Shown here in pieces: positions 37,929-61,435 of a stretch of DNA of 64,000 bases. The notes below the pieces were generated by a model. The model did not search any database. It had not been told where the DNA came from and was given only the letters and a program-made list of their open reading frames with translations. Both the position numbers and the translations under genes were made by a program. This DNA is from the human T2T-CHM13v2.0 reference genome, Homo sapiens, in the NCBI RefSeq assembly GCF_009914755.1, contig NC_060936.1, one strand, 5' to 3'. Numbering within the stretch: the first letter of the stretch is position 1; every line of letters begins with the position of its first letter.

Positions 37929-39239
37929 TGTTTGCCAGTTTCTTAGTAAAATACTCCCATCATGGCTAGTTTCAAGCTACCAACATGATGTCACTGAACA
38001 TGGAATTATGCTGAAATGCCAAGAATCACTCTCACTTGCTGGCTCCAACACACTGGAGTGTACAATTTATTTTCCTCTCCTATCTTGGATTTTCCCACTC
38101 ATTAAGCTAGTGTAGTATTACTTAAGAAAAAATTGGAAACTTACGTGGGCACATGGTTATCCCTATTGCAAAATTTGCATCACCTTTAAGTGAGTGACTT
38201 CAATTGTGAAAAGTATGTAATTCCAAAGGGACCTAAAGACAGCACTGATGCCTGTGGTAAATGCTGTTGTGGGCACATGCTCATTCTAAAGACAAATGAT
38301 CCGATACATCCTCAAGGTGGTGGACCTGACAGTGCTAGTCTTTTTTGAAGGATAAGTTATGCATGTTCTCTTAGATGAGTGATCTCACCATAGAAGCTTC
38401 AGATGGGCAGAACTGAAGTCACTAACACAAGTTCATTAGTTAAGCAAACATTTTATATGCAGAGCAGATTTACTCAGCACCATTGCCACATGCAGACCAG
38501 AAATGATCTCAATGTCAAGTCTAGTAAACGGAGAAAGTTCACTGTTGTATGCACAAGTTTTTCTCCAAAATGGATGGAAATAATTTACTATAGTAATCTA
38601 AATCAAACACAATGCCTGAAATACTACTCAATTTAGTTCACTGTCGGCTCTGAATACACTCTCGGCTCTGAAAATAACACCAATGAATTTGTGGCAATTA
38701 AGATATTCGGTAACATTCATGATTTTTAAAAATATAGCTAAGATTAACTCTTACTAGAACGAGTCAACATCTGTCTTAAGATTTTTAAGAGTGAGCTGTA
38801 GACATAAATGAGCAACTACTCAGCAGATACCTCTATGTCCTGGAAATCAATGCTACGTGACTGCAGGTTCCATGGAGTTCTTTTCTTACATTCTGACTCA
38901 TATCCTGAGTATTCTCCTAGTGGCCTTTCTATTCATTGTGACAACATTTACCCTGAAGTTGTCTACAATGCCATCTCCTACCTTGGAAAGGTGTCCCATT
39001 TCATATGCTTCATCTTTGTATCTTCTTTGATTATATGAAATGCAGTGCAGAGTTCTACATGCACAGAACTTCAAAAAGAACAACACTGAAATGCTGATAC
39101 AGTGCCCATAATGACAACTGAATATGTCTGTAAATTGGCAATATCTGACCCTGTGATGTCTTGAGACTATGAAGGGCAGGGGCTTTATCCACAAAATCAC
39201 AATCTGTGGACATGTGACAAATACTAATGTATCTAGCAT

Positions 39240-39480
39240 ACTGACTAAGACCTTCGAATTTGAAGACAAGCTTCCGGCATTTGAGTTTCAACTCTGTCTA
39301 CTACTAGCCATATGACTTTAGGAAAATCACTCAACCTCTCTGAGGCTGTTTCCTCATCTATAAAATGAGGAAAACCTATCTTGTAGGGAGTGCTACTGAG
39401 AGTAAACTGAGAAAAGCCTCATAAAGCATTTAGAGCAGTTTCTAGAACATAACAACAATAAATGTTAGCTATTATTGTTA
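39240..39480 (+). mobile_element. MIR SINE
   Basis: aatcactcaacctctctgaggctgtttcctcatctataaaatgagg...caataaatgttagctattatt. Confidence 0.8.
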
Positions 39481-39908
39481 TAAATTAGATATACAGATGA
39501 AATCGGAATGGACAGTTTAGTAAGCATATACATTATGGCACTCACTTCCCAGATTTTGGCTATATTCTGCTTTTGGAAGGTGAAATTCAAATGAGTGGTC
39601 TGGACTGTTTTGCAAACACTGTTTAAAACAGTGCTATTCTGACTGGAGTGTATTCAGCTACTATATGTTCTGAAAAATGTGTGCCAACCAGGGCATTGCT
39701 ACAACCAACCAATGTATAGCTTCTACTCATCAATCATAAGGGGAGACTACAGGAAGAGATTTGTAACTAACATCGTTGCCTTTAGATTTTTACCTTCACA
39801 ATACACCTTTCCTGTTAATACTATTATTCTTCTTCTTCCCACAAAAATTATCATATCTCTGTCCTCCATACTAGCTAATTTTGCTTACAGAAGAAAAAAA
39901 TTAACTCC

Positions 39909-40480
39909 TGTTTCTCAAAGAACTGAAAATAGAATTACCATTCAATCCAGCAATCCCATTACTGGGTGTATATACAAAGGAAAATAAATTGTTCTATCAA
40001 AAAGGCACATGCGCTCGCATGTTCATCGCAGGACTGTTCGCAATAACAAAGACATGGCTAGGTTCCCATCAATAGGGGACTGGATAAGGAAAATGTGGTA
40101 TACATACACCATGGAATACTACACAGCCAAGAAAAAGAATGAAATCGTGTCCTTGGCAGCAACATGGATGCAGCTGGAGGCCATTATTCTAAGCAAATTA
40201 ATGCAGCAACAGAAAACCAAATATCACATGTTCTCACTTAAAAATGGGAGCTAAACACTGGGTACAAATAGACACAAAGATGGGAACAATAAACACTGGG
40301 GATTTCAAAAGCAGGGAGGGACAGAGCAGGAAAAAGGGTTGAAAATCCATCTATTGGGTACTAAGTTCACTATTTGAGTGATCGGCACATTAGAAGGCCA
40401 AACCTCGGCATCACGCAATGTACCTGTGTGACAAACCTGTACATGTACTTCCTGAATCGAAAATTAAAAAAAAAAAAAAA
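39909..40480 (+). mobile_element. 5'-truncated L1 3' end with poly-A and TSD
   Basis: ORF2 tail (WIRKMWYTYTMEYYTAKKKNEIVSLAATWMQLEAIILSKL); TSD aaaaaattaactcct on both sides. Confidence 0.9.
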
Positions 40481-41129
40481 TTAACTCCTTAATGTGATCC
40501 TCAAGATCGCCACTATCTGGCTTTAGCCTATGTTTCCAATTTCTGTTTGATTACTTTCTATCACAAACTCCATACTCTTATCAGACTTGATTATTCACCA
40601 ATTTCACCATCAATTTTCATTTGTTCACTCATTCATTTATTCATTTTATTCAAATACCTTGCTTACTTACTATATGCTGAAAACTTTGCTAAGTGTCAGG
40701 CATTAAAAATGTTTTTTAAATGCATAGGCTTAGCTTTTATGGCAAAATCTATTAATAGTAGCAAAGGTATGTAAACAACTATCATATAACAGCAATGTGA
40801 CAAAATCAGTAACAGTGGTGACTTGGCTATGAACTCCCGTTTGAACCCTCAGGAACAAGCACTAGCTTTTGCTGGGGAAGCTGGAAAATGTTTCATAGAA
40901 CATTTATGAACATTATGAACTTTATCTTTGGTTTTAAATCGTTAGGAGATTAAGTATTCAACAGGCAGATAATAGAAAATGTTTACCAGGCAAATAAAAT
41001 TAAATAAAGTATTGATATGAAAGTACTATGACATCTAAGGAAGAGCAAGCACTTTGGTGGGTGTGAAGTATATCTGTGGGAAAAAAGGTGGTAATGAAGG
41101 TTGTGGATAGACTGAAAAAGGCTGTGTAT

Positions 41130-41690
41130 GCTGTGATGGACCAAGATGTCTTCCATTTTTGTTTGGTTCACCCACTAAGTTCTTCCACCCCTTTTCTTAT
41201 GGTAACAGATTTTGCTGTCCTTGCTATAAAAGGAGGTATCTGATCCAGGCTTGGACAATCCAGGCCAACAGTTGCTCAAATGATGTGCCCCTTTCTGAAT
41301 CAAGGCCAGGAAAAAACTTTCCCTGTGATTGGCACAATCATTTTAAGAAAGATGTGCACTTTTTTTTTTTTTTTTTTTGTGGCTAAGCAAGGGCTGCCTA
41401 CGATTAAGTTATCTGCTCAGTAGAGAAGGCTTCTTTGCATTTGCAGGAAATGAGCCCACTATGAAAAAAGAAGAGCAAGCAGAGATGACATACAAACAGA
41501 AAAAGAGTGAGTCCTAGGAATGCTGAATTCTGTCCCAAAAAGGGAATACGGTCATGGTTCCTGGTATACTTCCTTCACTTCCTCAAGTGACCTGCAATAT
41601 CTCAGCCACATGGGCCAATGAATTCCGACTTGTTTCAGTGAGTTTAAGTTCGGTTCCCACCATTTTCAATGGAAAGAGTCCTAATACATC
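41130..41690 (+). mobile_element. MLT1-like solo LTR
   Basis: tg...ca termini and MLT1-like end ggaaagagtcctaataca. Confidence 0.6.
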
Positions 41691-42029
41691 TGCCATACTA
41701 AGAACTCTGTTTTATGTGGTAAGGCAATGGGAGCTGGAGAGAAACTTTAAGACGTGAAATATGTTTAAGCAGGTGAGCGATGGATCAAAGTGCACTAGAA
41801 AAGCAGATTCAATGGGCAGTACAGAAGATGGATTCGAGGAAGGCCACTTAGGCACTTCTTATGCCTTTCAAGAATGTGGTCCTTTATCTTTAGAGAATTT
41901 CTGACTACCAAAATAGTCCAGCAAGGCCCAGCTCACTCGACACCTCTTTTCTAGTGCCCTTCTGATCTCACCAGATGCCATGAATGGTCCTTTGTTCTGC
42001 ATTCCCGCAGCACTTCACTTGCACCTTTG

Positions 42030-42200
42030 ACATCCTAGTTCGCAAACTTCAGTGACTGTCAGAATCACCTAGAGGCTTGTTAAAACTAGATTGCTGGGCC
42101 CAACCTTGAGTGTTTCTGATTCAGAAGGTCTGGGGTGGGACCTGAGAATTCTAACAACTTCCAGGTGGTGCTGGACCTGTGGCCAGCTTTGAGAACTGCT
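42030..42200. mobile_element. MER5A-like hAT-Charlie element
   Basis: tcagaatcacct...cttgttaaaa...gattgctgggccc...tttctgattcag..ggtctggggtggg. Confidence 0.85.
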
Positions 42201-42289
42201 GCTCTAACACATTTCATTGTAGCTGTCTTCTAGTTCACTTGCTTATCTGTGTCCCCTTCTCCACTAAACATTTCTTACGGATATTCTTG

Positions 42290-42900
42290 TTTTATATTTT
42301 TTGAGACAGGGTCTTGCTCTGTCACTCAGGCTAGAGTGCAGTGGTGCAATCATGGCTCACTGGAACCTCAACCTCCTGTGCTCAAGAGATTCTCTGTCCC
42401 AGCCTCCTGAGTAGGTGGGACTACATGTGCACACCACCATGTCCAGCTAATTTTTTCATTTTTTTGTGGAGACAGGGTCTTGCTATGTTGCCTAGGCTGG
42501 TCTCGAACTCCTGACCTCAACTGATCCTTCTGCCTCAGCCTCCCAAAGTGCTGGTATTACAAGTGTGAGCCACCGCACCCAGCCAAGGGTTTTCTTATTC
42601 ATCTTTGTATAGCCTTCAGTAGCTAACATAATGCTTTACACAAAATTGGTATTTGATATGTATTACTGTGTGATTAACTATGGAGATAAAATAAACATCT
42701 TATCATAATAAATTCTTTCAGTTACCATCCAAATAAAGTCTCTCAAAAAATAAACTGTGTAGGCCGGGCACGGTGGCTCACGCCTATAATCCCAGCACTT
42801 CGGGAGGCCAAGGCAGGTAGATCACTGTACTCCAGCCTGGGCAACAGAGCGAGACTCTGTTTTAAAAAAGATAAATAAATAAATAAAATAAACAAACCAT
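42290..42900. mobile_element. AluJ (-) ~42290-42584 and internally deleted Alu (+) ~42762-42900
   Basis: Alu consensus; the second has TSD aaactgtgta. Confidence 0.88.
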
Positions 42901-43012
42901 CAAACAAACTGTGTAACTAGAAAAGAACCAAAGGCAGAATATATCCTGACTTCCTTGGGGCTACCTAATTTTTTATTGCATCTTCTATCAGGGCAGGGTA
43001 CAGGTAGCATTA

Positions 43013-43207
<195 letters not shown>

Positions 43208-44211
43208 TTACCATGAAAACAGTGCAGGGTGGGACCAAAATGACCGCTGAAAAGTTCAGTCAAGGCCATCAACTCCAGGGCTATGACTAGTCATAAAAAA
43301 ATTTGGGGGGTTGGGGGGCCAGCCTCTTTCTCAACTAGAAGAACCCAATTAGAACTCATTAGATGGTGATGGAGGCTGACCCACATGAGCAATAAATACA
43401 TGGCTTAGGCTACAAACTGTGCAGGTTTAAACTAATCAGATATACAAATAAAGGCCAGACATGCTTAAGCATTTATTGCTGTTTCTCCTAAAGGGCCCTA
43501 CCACAAAGCTGACCTGACCGGGATAATAAAGTCTGGGCTCACCAATAGGCAGGCTTAAAATGGTCCTATTGTAACTAAAACTTCAACATTTTTAAAGAGT
43601 CATATTTTTTTCTCCCTTAGATACACATGGGAAAATATCTTCCCTGCCTCCTTCCCCACTAACTGTAACTTTCACCTGACATTGTGCCTCCCAGTAAGAG
43701 CAGGGAAGGTCTGCAGAAAGCCTTTCTCCATGCCTGTCAACAGGAAGCTGATCAACATCACCAATTAATGTTATTGACTGTTACCCAATGACAGAATCAT
43801 GTCCTCCAGCAATTTATTCTGGCTACCTCATGTATCCTTATTTTATAGTTTGGCAGTGAAGGAGAGACAACAGCATCTTCCCTATTGGCCAACTTGCATG
43901 GCCTAAGTACTGCTCAAAGATTAGTACCCTATTTACTCATTAAATTTTCTCTTTCCTCTTGAATCCCCCATATTAAAGAGAAAGACCATATAGGCCAATC
44001 CAGAAGAAACTGAGATAATAGCATGTTGTACTTTATAAGGTATATATTGTGACATACAGACTGAGGCTGAGTACTGAGAGAAAATAGAAAGTGGCATATA
44101 CGTTTAGGATTTTTTTTGTTTTTGAAATTTGGAGCTCGAATCCTTCTGATTCAGTGGAAGGAAGACTGTACACTGATTGCTTGCTATTCCAGGGACTCCC
44201 AGCAGGTGTAA

Positions 44212-45393
<1,182 letters not shown>

Positions 45394-47255
45394 TCACCTC
45401 CCCTGAAATAAGAGCCTGTATAGTTAAAGCTTGGTAATTACTCAGCATACTTATATTTGGTCCAACCAATTAGAACACATTAGGCTTCATGCAGTCTTTT
45501 GGGCTTAAACAGTTTGCTTCTGCTGTGCACAGGTAGCTACTTTTTGAAACTGTAACCAGATTTCCACTGGAGCCTACACAGAGCTTCCATTAGATACAGT
45601 GACACTGTGTCTGGTGTCTTGTGAGGACTAGATTTCTGGCTTATGAGGAGGTATTTTCCTGATCAAACTAGCATTTGGGGTTAAGGAGCAGTGTCCCTCA
45701 GCCACAGGTTTTGCAATACAATGACTTCATTCCTCCTGCTTCTCCTTAAGAGGCCCTGGAAGAGGGACAGATAAAACTCAGAAGGTGGTTGAAAACAATT
45801 TAAAGACAAGTCTGAGGCTGAGTTTTGGTTACTAAGCTACAAAAGCAAGTTAGAAAGAAGAGAGAAATGAAGAAAAAAAACAAAAGCTTCTTTAGTCCTA
45901 AATAAGCAAACAAATTAATAGTCTCTGCCTGCCAGAAGCTTAAGAATGTGAAGCATAATGACATTTCCTCCTTTTAAAAAGGACCACACAGGACACTCAA
46001 AGAAAAAGTACACCTTACAATAAAAACCAGAGAGGATTAATTGGAACAAAGGGAGTGGAATTTTCCTTCAACAGTCAATATCCTTTAGAGCTTGCCATGC
46101 TCCATTATTTCTACAAAAGTATATGATTTTGGAAGTTTCAGCATAATTTTAGAATTTCTAATATAGGATTTTGCATAGAAATGTCATGCCTGTCAAATTT
46201 CTGGGTGGCATGAAAGCTGTGAAAGAACTAAGATGTTCAATAGAGATTCAGAATTACATATGCTCATACACACATACCCTCACACAAAATCAGTGAGTAA
46301 CCAACTACAAACTGGGAAAATATGTACAATATGAGATAAAAGTTTAATACTCTTAATATATAGAATTTTTATAAATCACTAAAAAGCGAAACACCAGTAG
46401 AAAAATTGGGAAGGTACATAACACAAAACCAACTGATATTAGGAGCTAATGTACACAGGAATCCATGTTCTCTAGTAACTAAAGAAATACAAATTTAAAC
46501 AACTAGATATCATTTTCCATGACTAGAGGAGGCAAAACCAGAACCGATGAGTGGAAATTCTAAAGAAGGAGATTTTGGCTCACTGAAAGTATAAACTTCT
46601 AAGAGAGCTTTGAAGAAAACAGAAAGAACTACTTGTAAGACCCAGCTCTATCACTAGAGGGAATAAAAATTAGCTTATCTCTTATCAGAAAGTAGATGAG
46701 GGCTTTTACCCTGAAATTAAAGTGTTAGACTAGATGAGCAGTTTCCAAATGAGCCCAGTGACAAAACAGACTCACAGTCTTGGGCCATGCCCCAAATTTG
46801 CTGAGCCAGAGTCTCAGGATGGAGTTCAGGAACTTATATTTTAAAAAAAGATTCCAGTTTGGGCATGAGGAAACCAATAGACTAGATGATTCTGAATAGA
46901 TGTCCCTTCAATGATCAGATTCTGGATTACCTAATATAATATTTACGGTTTGGGTTTTCATGTGTCTCATCCTTAACTTCTGATCAATTTTTTCATAGTG
47001 TCTTAATGTCTACTAGTATAGCTCTTTGTTGCAGATGGTCTGTCTGCCTGTAATTTTCTACCATGAGGCTCTCATTCTAGCCAAAAAGAAAGGGATCTGG
47101 ACTCTGTTAAGGGATATAATTAGAATAATTACCAATTATAAGAGACAATAACTCCATTAGCCAGAAATTTACTGCCAACCGTGATGTTTGTAAAAAATAG
47201 CTAACCAGTAAAGGGAGCTTAGATATTACAACTCATGTTAAATAATAATGACCTC

Positions 47256-51550
<4,295 letters not shown>

Positions 51551-52250
51551 TGATGGTGATGGCAGGGAGAGTGCTTATTCTGGAACATCAACAAATCATC
51601 TTCTCTTTTATCATACGACTGTTCATTTAAATGAAAGTAGCCCCTTCTCTTCATGCTTAGAGGACATATTACTAACACTGCTGTTTTAATTCTATCTGAT
51701 TAGTCCATCTCTCCAATTCATTGCATAAAAAGGAGACATTTGCTCCAATCAGTATTTGAACAAAAATGTGAAGTAGAGAATTAAAAAAACAAACATATCC
51801 AGTTACTCTTTTCTTCTTTAAGGTTTCAGTGAGCTAAGGAGGTGGTACTGAGAGGAGTCCAGATAATGGAAAGATTGGAAAAAACAGTTTCTAATATTTG
51901 ATTACATTGATCCTCCACACTGGAAAACTATGTGACACTCCATTTCATTTTCTATAGATCCAGCAAGCTGGTTGTTGAGTAAATAATACAAACAACTGGG
52001 TGTGGTTCTTGTCAGTTTTCTTTAGAAAGAAAGAAACCAAAATTTAGTTTGGGACACCTAGGATAACAGTGAAATCCTACACGTTCTTAAACTACAAAGT
52101 GGGCTGTTAGTGAATTTAAGCAGAATTTTCATTGCAGTGAGTCTTGTCAAATTGTTTTAAAGACATTTAGTCAAAGGTGCATAGAGTTTCTAATTAAGAA
52201 TATTAAGCAAAAGCCGCAGAACATTTTCCCCTTTAGAAAAAAGGAATTCA

Positions 52251-52565
52251 GGCTGGGCGCAGTGGCTCATGGCTCATGCCTGTAATCCCAGCACTTTGGG
52301 AGGCCGAGGCGGGCGGATCACAAGGTCAGGAGTTCGAGACCAGCCTGGCCAACATGGTGAAACTAAACTTTAGTAGAAACATCGTCTCTACTAAAAATAC
52401 AAAAATTAGCCAGGTGTGGTAGCACATGCCTGTAATCCCAGCTACTAGGGAAGCTGAGGCAGAATTGCTTGAACCCTGGAGGCGGAGGTTGCAGTGAGCT
52501 GAGATTGAGTCACTGCACCTCAGCCTGGGTGATAGAGCAAGATTCTGTCTCAAAAAAAAAAAAAA
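52251..52565 (+). mobile_element. Alu with small internal duplications
   Basis: Full dimer; TSD aaaaaggaattc. Confidence 0.92.
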
Positions 52566-52740
52566 GGAATTCGAATGTGGCTCAAATCTGGAGTCTAAGC
52601 CAGCAGGTAACAATGTTCCTTTAAAGCCTTCTCTAGCATAACAATGAGCCCATCAATCATTTGCTCCAGGAAACTTAAGAAAAAGAGATGATGTAAGGCA
52701 TCTGGCTGGGGTGCAAATGTGTTAGGTTCTTCAATGTTCA

Positions 52741-53007
<267 letters not shown>

Positions 53008-53458
53008 TCAAGGCATTCAATGTAATACAAACAGATGAAGTTTACTGATGCTGACTATAACCTTTCTTCATCAACAACTATGTGTAGCACAACTGAGGCT
53101 CTTGTAGAATATACCCCGGCTATAAGGCAGTATCTGTCATCAAGGAACTTATAGTACATTTGGGAAGTTAAGACTGAAACCTATGAAATAATTGAAGGGG
53201 AAGATTAAGTGATAAAGGGTGCATAGGTACTAGTTAAACAAAGTTAAGTGATAAAAGCTTGGAGCATAATAAAAATGAAAAGAATTGGGAATCTAGGCAG
53301 TAAGGAGAGTTTTTTTTATTAAATAATCCAAAATTACGTAAGTTTTTTCCTAAGACAAAACTTTATAGTCCATATAAAATGAATAGTATCACTTTCATTA
53401 ACAGAAATAAAAATGCATTTACCATGTCAGCCTCAGTAGTAATGCAAACTAACCCTAA

Positions 53459-55083
<1,625 letters not shown>

Positions 55084-55142
55084 TTAGCTGTCAAGTAAAT
55101 CTGGTCCAACAGATTATTTCATCACTTCATCTATTCCTATTA

Positions 55143-55361
55143 CAGGCTAAGTATCCCTTATCTGAAAATCTGAAATCTGAAATACTTCAAAATCTGAAAC
55201 TTTTTGAATGCTAACATAATGCTCCAAGGGAGTAATTCAGATCTTGGATTTTTGGATTAGGAATGCTCAACCAATGTAATGCGAATATTCCAAAATCTGA
55301 AAAACCCTAAATTCAAAATACTCCTGGTCTCAAGCATTTTGGATAAGTGATACTTAACCTG
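55143..55361. mobile_element. Tigger4a/MER46-type MITE
   Basis: TA|caggctaagtatcccttatc ... gataagtgatacttaacctg|TA: terminal inverted repeats plus TA duplication. Confidence 0.88.
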
Positions 55362-55494
55362 TATTACATTTCCTTAAACGAAAAAAAAAAAAAAAAAACC
55401 AAAATACACAATTTATGTTAAAACAACCTGTAATTCACGTTTCCCTAATTCCCTAATTTTTATTTCATGGTAAGGTTTTAAGGTAAATTCATAC

Positions 55495-55796
55495 TTTTTT
55501 TTTTTTTTTTGAGACGGAGTCTCGCTCTGTCGCTCAGGTTGGAGTGCAGTGACACGATCTTGGCTCACTGCAATCTCCGCCCCCTGGGTTCAAGCAATTC
55601 TCCTGTCTCACTCAGCCTCCCTAATTGCAGGGATTACAGGCGCGCCCTACCATGCCCAGCTAATTTTTGTATTCTTAGTGGAGATGGGGTTTTGCCATGT
55701 TGGCCAGGCTGGTCTCGAACTCCCAACCTCAGGTGATCTGCCGGCCTCAGGCTCCCAAAGTGTTGGGATTACAGGCGTGAGCCACCGCGCCCAGCT
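55495..55796 (-). mobile_element. AluS (Sx-like) joined at its 5' end to the duplicated 150-bp segment
   Basis: Full dimer with poly-T at 55495-55510; no TSD immediately at its 5' end. Confidence 0.92.
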
Positions 55797-55801
55797 GGCT
55801 T

Positions 55802-55950
55802 CCTCCTTTTAATAAGTTAAACTACAGAAAGAAAGGCCTTGACTGGCAAAATAGCACTGTGGGATATATACCCGTGTCTTCTGGGTACGATCTGTTATTC
55901 TGCTACTGTGGCACAGTGCCTGTTTTTAGGTTTTTAAGAAAATATAAGTT
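55802..55950 (+). repeat. Copy 2 of the ~150-bp dispersed direct duplication (partner at 3054-3202)
   Basis: Ungapped alignment, ~85% identity; the first 59 bp have only 2 mismatches. Confidence 0.9.
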
Positions 55951-57477
55951 CATAATATACATTCACACTTTATAAGCTTCATGAATGCCAGATATACCAA
56001 ATCCTCCCAGTAGCAGTATATATATCAGATGCAAAAAAAATCCTATTTGTCCTGAGGTACTTTGGCAGCTTTAGAAATATTTTATTAACTTAATTCATAA
56101 TTTATAAGTTGCTTTCTTCAAAATATGATGGGAAATGGCTTACTGGCCATATTGCATTTCAAGCTGCAATGATAGAATTAGTAAGAAGTGGCATACGGAA
56201 GCCTCCCCAGCTCAGACCTGCTCCCTTACCCTGTCACCTTTATCACCTTGGCTTTCAGCACTTGCTCTAGCCCGGAAAGAGAGAACTACAGACATACCAG
56301 TGCTTAGATAAAGGCCGAAATCCGGCTACAGCTCTACTTACTGTATAACTTGACTCCCTAGTGTCTGGCACTTATCCCAAGCTTAAAAATAGATTTTAGT
56401 TACTTTCATCCATTTTATCAAGCAAATGGATATAAATCCTGCTAAATGCAAAAAGTTAATGACCTTCTCCTTGCATGTAACTAGAAGATGGTAGGTGATG
56501 AATCCTATCCACATTAGGACCAATGTCAAATATGCTGCTATTGTCCCTTAACGTTCAGGGAAGCAGCTGGAACCAGGGAGGTTTGATGAGTTTCCCAATT
56601 ATACTGAATCCTCGGGGTATTTTTCCCTCCTTTGGGAAAAGGAAAAAAGAAATAGACTACCATGAATGTTTCAGAACTTCAAAGAAGTTCTCATTTGAGT
56701 TGGTTTCTAAATACATGAAAGGGCAGAGTCACATATGAGAATTTTAACTCTCTCTGTGGCTTTATTCTATCTTCCCTGCCAATTATAAAATAAGTAAATG
56801 ACGAGGACTTCTGGTTGCAAATAAGCATAGGGAACACACAGCCTCTGCTGAGGCAAAGGCTCTCTCCAGACCTGGAGCCTTTGCTCTTGCTTCCTCCTCC
56901 TGTCTGGAAGGTTCAGTCCACTCTGCCTCTCTTCTGGCAAAGCCCTACTCATCCTGTGGGATCCAGCTCAAATGTCACCTCCTCTATGAAATGTCACTCC
57001 TTTCTCTGCTTTCCCTCCCATTAGAATTAATCACTCCCTGTAAACTGGCATAATCTTTCAGGAAGGCAAGTGGCAATATGTGTCAAAACTTTTAAAATAT
57101 TCACTTCTAGTAACTTTTATTGGGAAACAATGTGAAATGAAGACACAGACTAACATGCAAAAATAGTGACTACATCTTTTGTAATAGCAGAAAATAAGAA
57201 ACCATTAACATCCAGCAATGGGGGAAGACTGGTTGATGGTTGTCACATACCCACATGTTGAGGTATCCACGGGAGAGGCAGAGCTGACACTTTATTAGCC
57301 ATACAGTTCCCTCATTAGTCAAATGGGAATTACTGTGTAAGATGAGCAGTTACATGTCAGGCACACAGTAGTTACTCAACACAAGGTAGCAACTACCATC
57401 ACCTTTAACAATGTTAACTGAAATTTATAAAATATTAATGTTATAAAAATTCATATGTCATTTAAAAAATGGAATAA

Positions 57478-60310
<2,833 letters not shown>

Positions 60311-61435
60311 AAAACCAGGAATAAAAAAAGATTTAAAGATTTATCTCTGACTAGCTATTAAAGGATCAATATTCAGCCCCATTCCCTTCACCTATATGTA
60401 TAAAGAATGTTCATCACTAGCTAAATGTCTTCTAAAATCCTTATTCATTCTTCCTACGGAACAAATAGGCAAAGGGTCAGTGAGAAATGCTCCATAATTA
60501 TACAACTTTTGAAACGGCAAAGTCTAGATGTAGGGATAGGTCTTTTAAAGCAATATCTAAAATATAGACATCGAGATGAAAAATATTTAGTTTGATCTCA
60601 TAAGAATTTTAAAATCCTGCATGATGAAAGATACAAAAAACAAAGTTAAAAACAACAACAAAAATAAAGCAGGAGAAACTATTTGCCACATATGTAACAA
60701 CAAATTAATATGTGTAATAGGTAAAGAACTGTAAGTCATTAAGAAAGAGATATATCTTAGTAGAAAAAATACACAATGGATTAAAAATGACAATTCACTG
60801 AAGAAATACAAAGTCAAAAACCACACCAAAAGGTGCTCAACTTCATGAATAATTAATGAATTCAAGTGAAAAAAAAATCAGCAGAAGCTCTGTTGTGTGA
60901 TCCTTACTTGACTGACCTGCAAGGCTAACCAACAACATTCTCTTTTCCCTCTGTGAAACCTCCTTGATTCTCAGAGTACTATCAAAGCTGGTAGGTTACT
61001 CTATTTGAGCCTTTGCACTTCTATTTCTACCAGTTGAGTTACATGTTTACCAACAGTAATTTAGGTTTGCTTCCCAGGGTATTTATGTCAATTGTATTTG
61101 TTATAATTATGTAATTTACTTACCTATTCTATAAATGGATGAAATATAAGTATAGAAAGAGTACTTATTTCTCTGAAAATTAATTTGATGCTTTGGAAAG
61201 ACTAGATAAAGGTGAAAAGCTTAAGAGAGCTCTGTAATTAGTGATGGATAGAATTAATGTAAGAGACTAGGATTTGAACTCAGATGAATTAGTTCCATTA
61301 AGTTCTCATTCCACTTTAAACTTAAACTAAAAATGGCAGATGATTTATAATGGGCATAGTTTATGCATGCAAGATGATGATAAATTCTATAAAAGCGTTT
61401 ATTTTATCATTTTAAAAAATATTTTTCTCAGTAAC

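Noticed and set aside
55802-55950. Duplicated segment as an intronic H/ACA snoRNA or miRNA (gcactgtg...cacagtgc stem)
   Set aside because: The stem is not preserved in the other copy and I could not place H/ACA or C/D boxes. An Infernal/Rfam scan would settle it.
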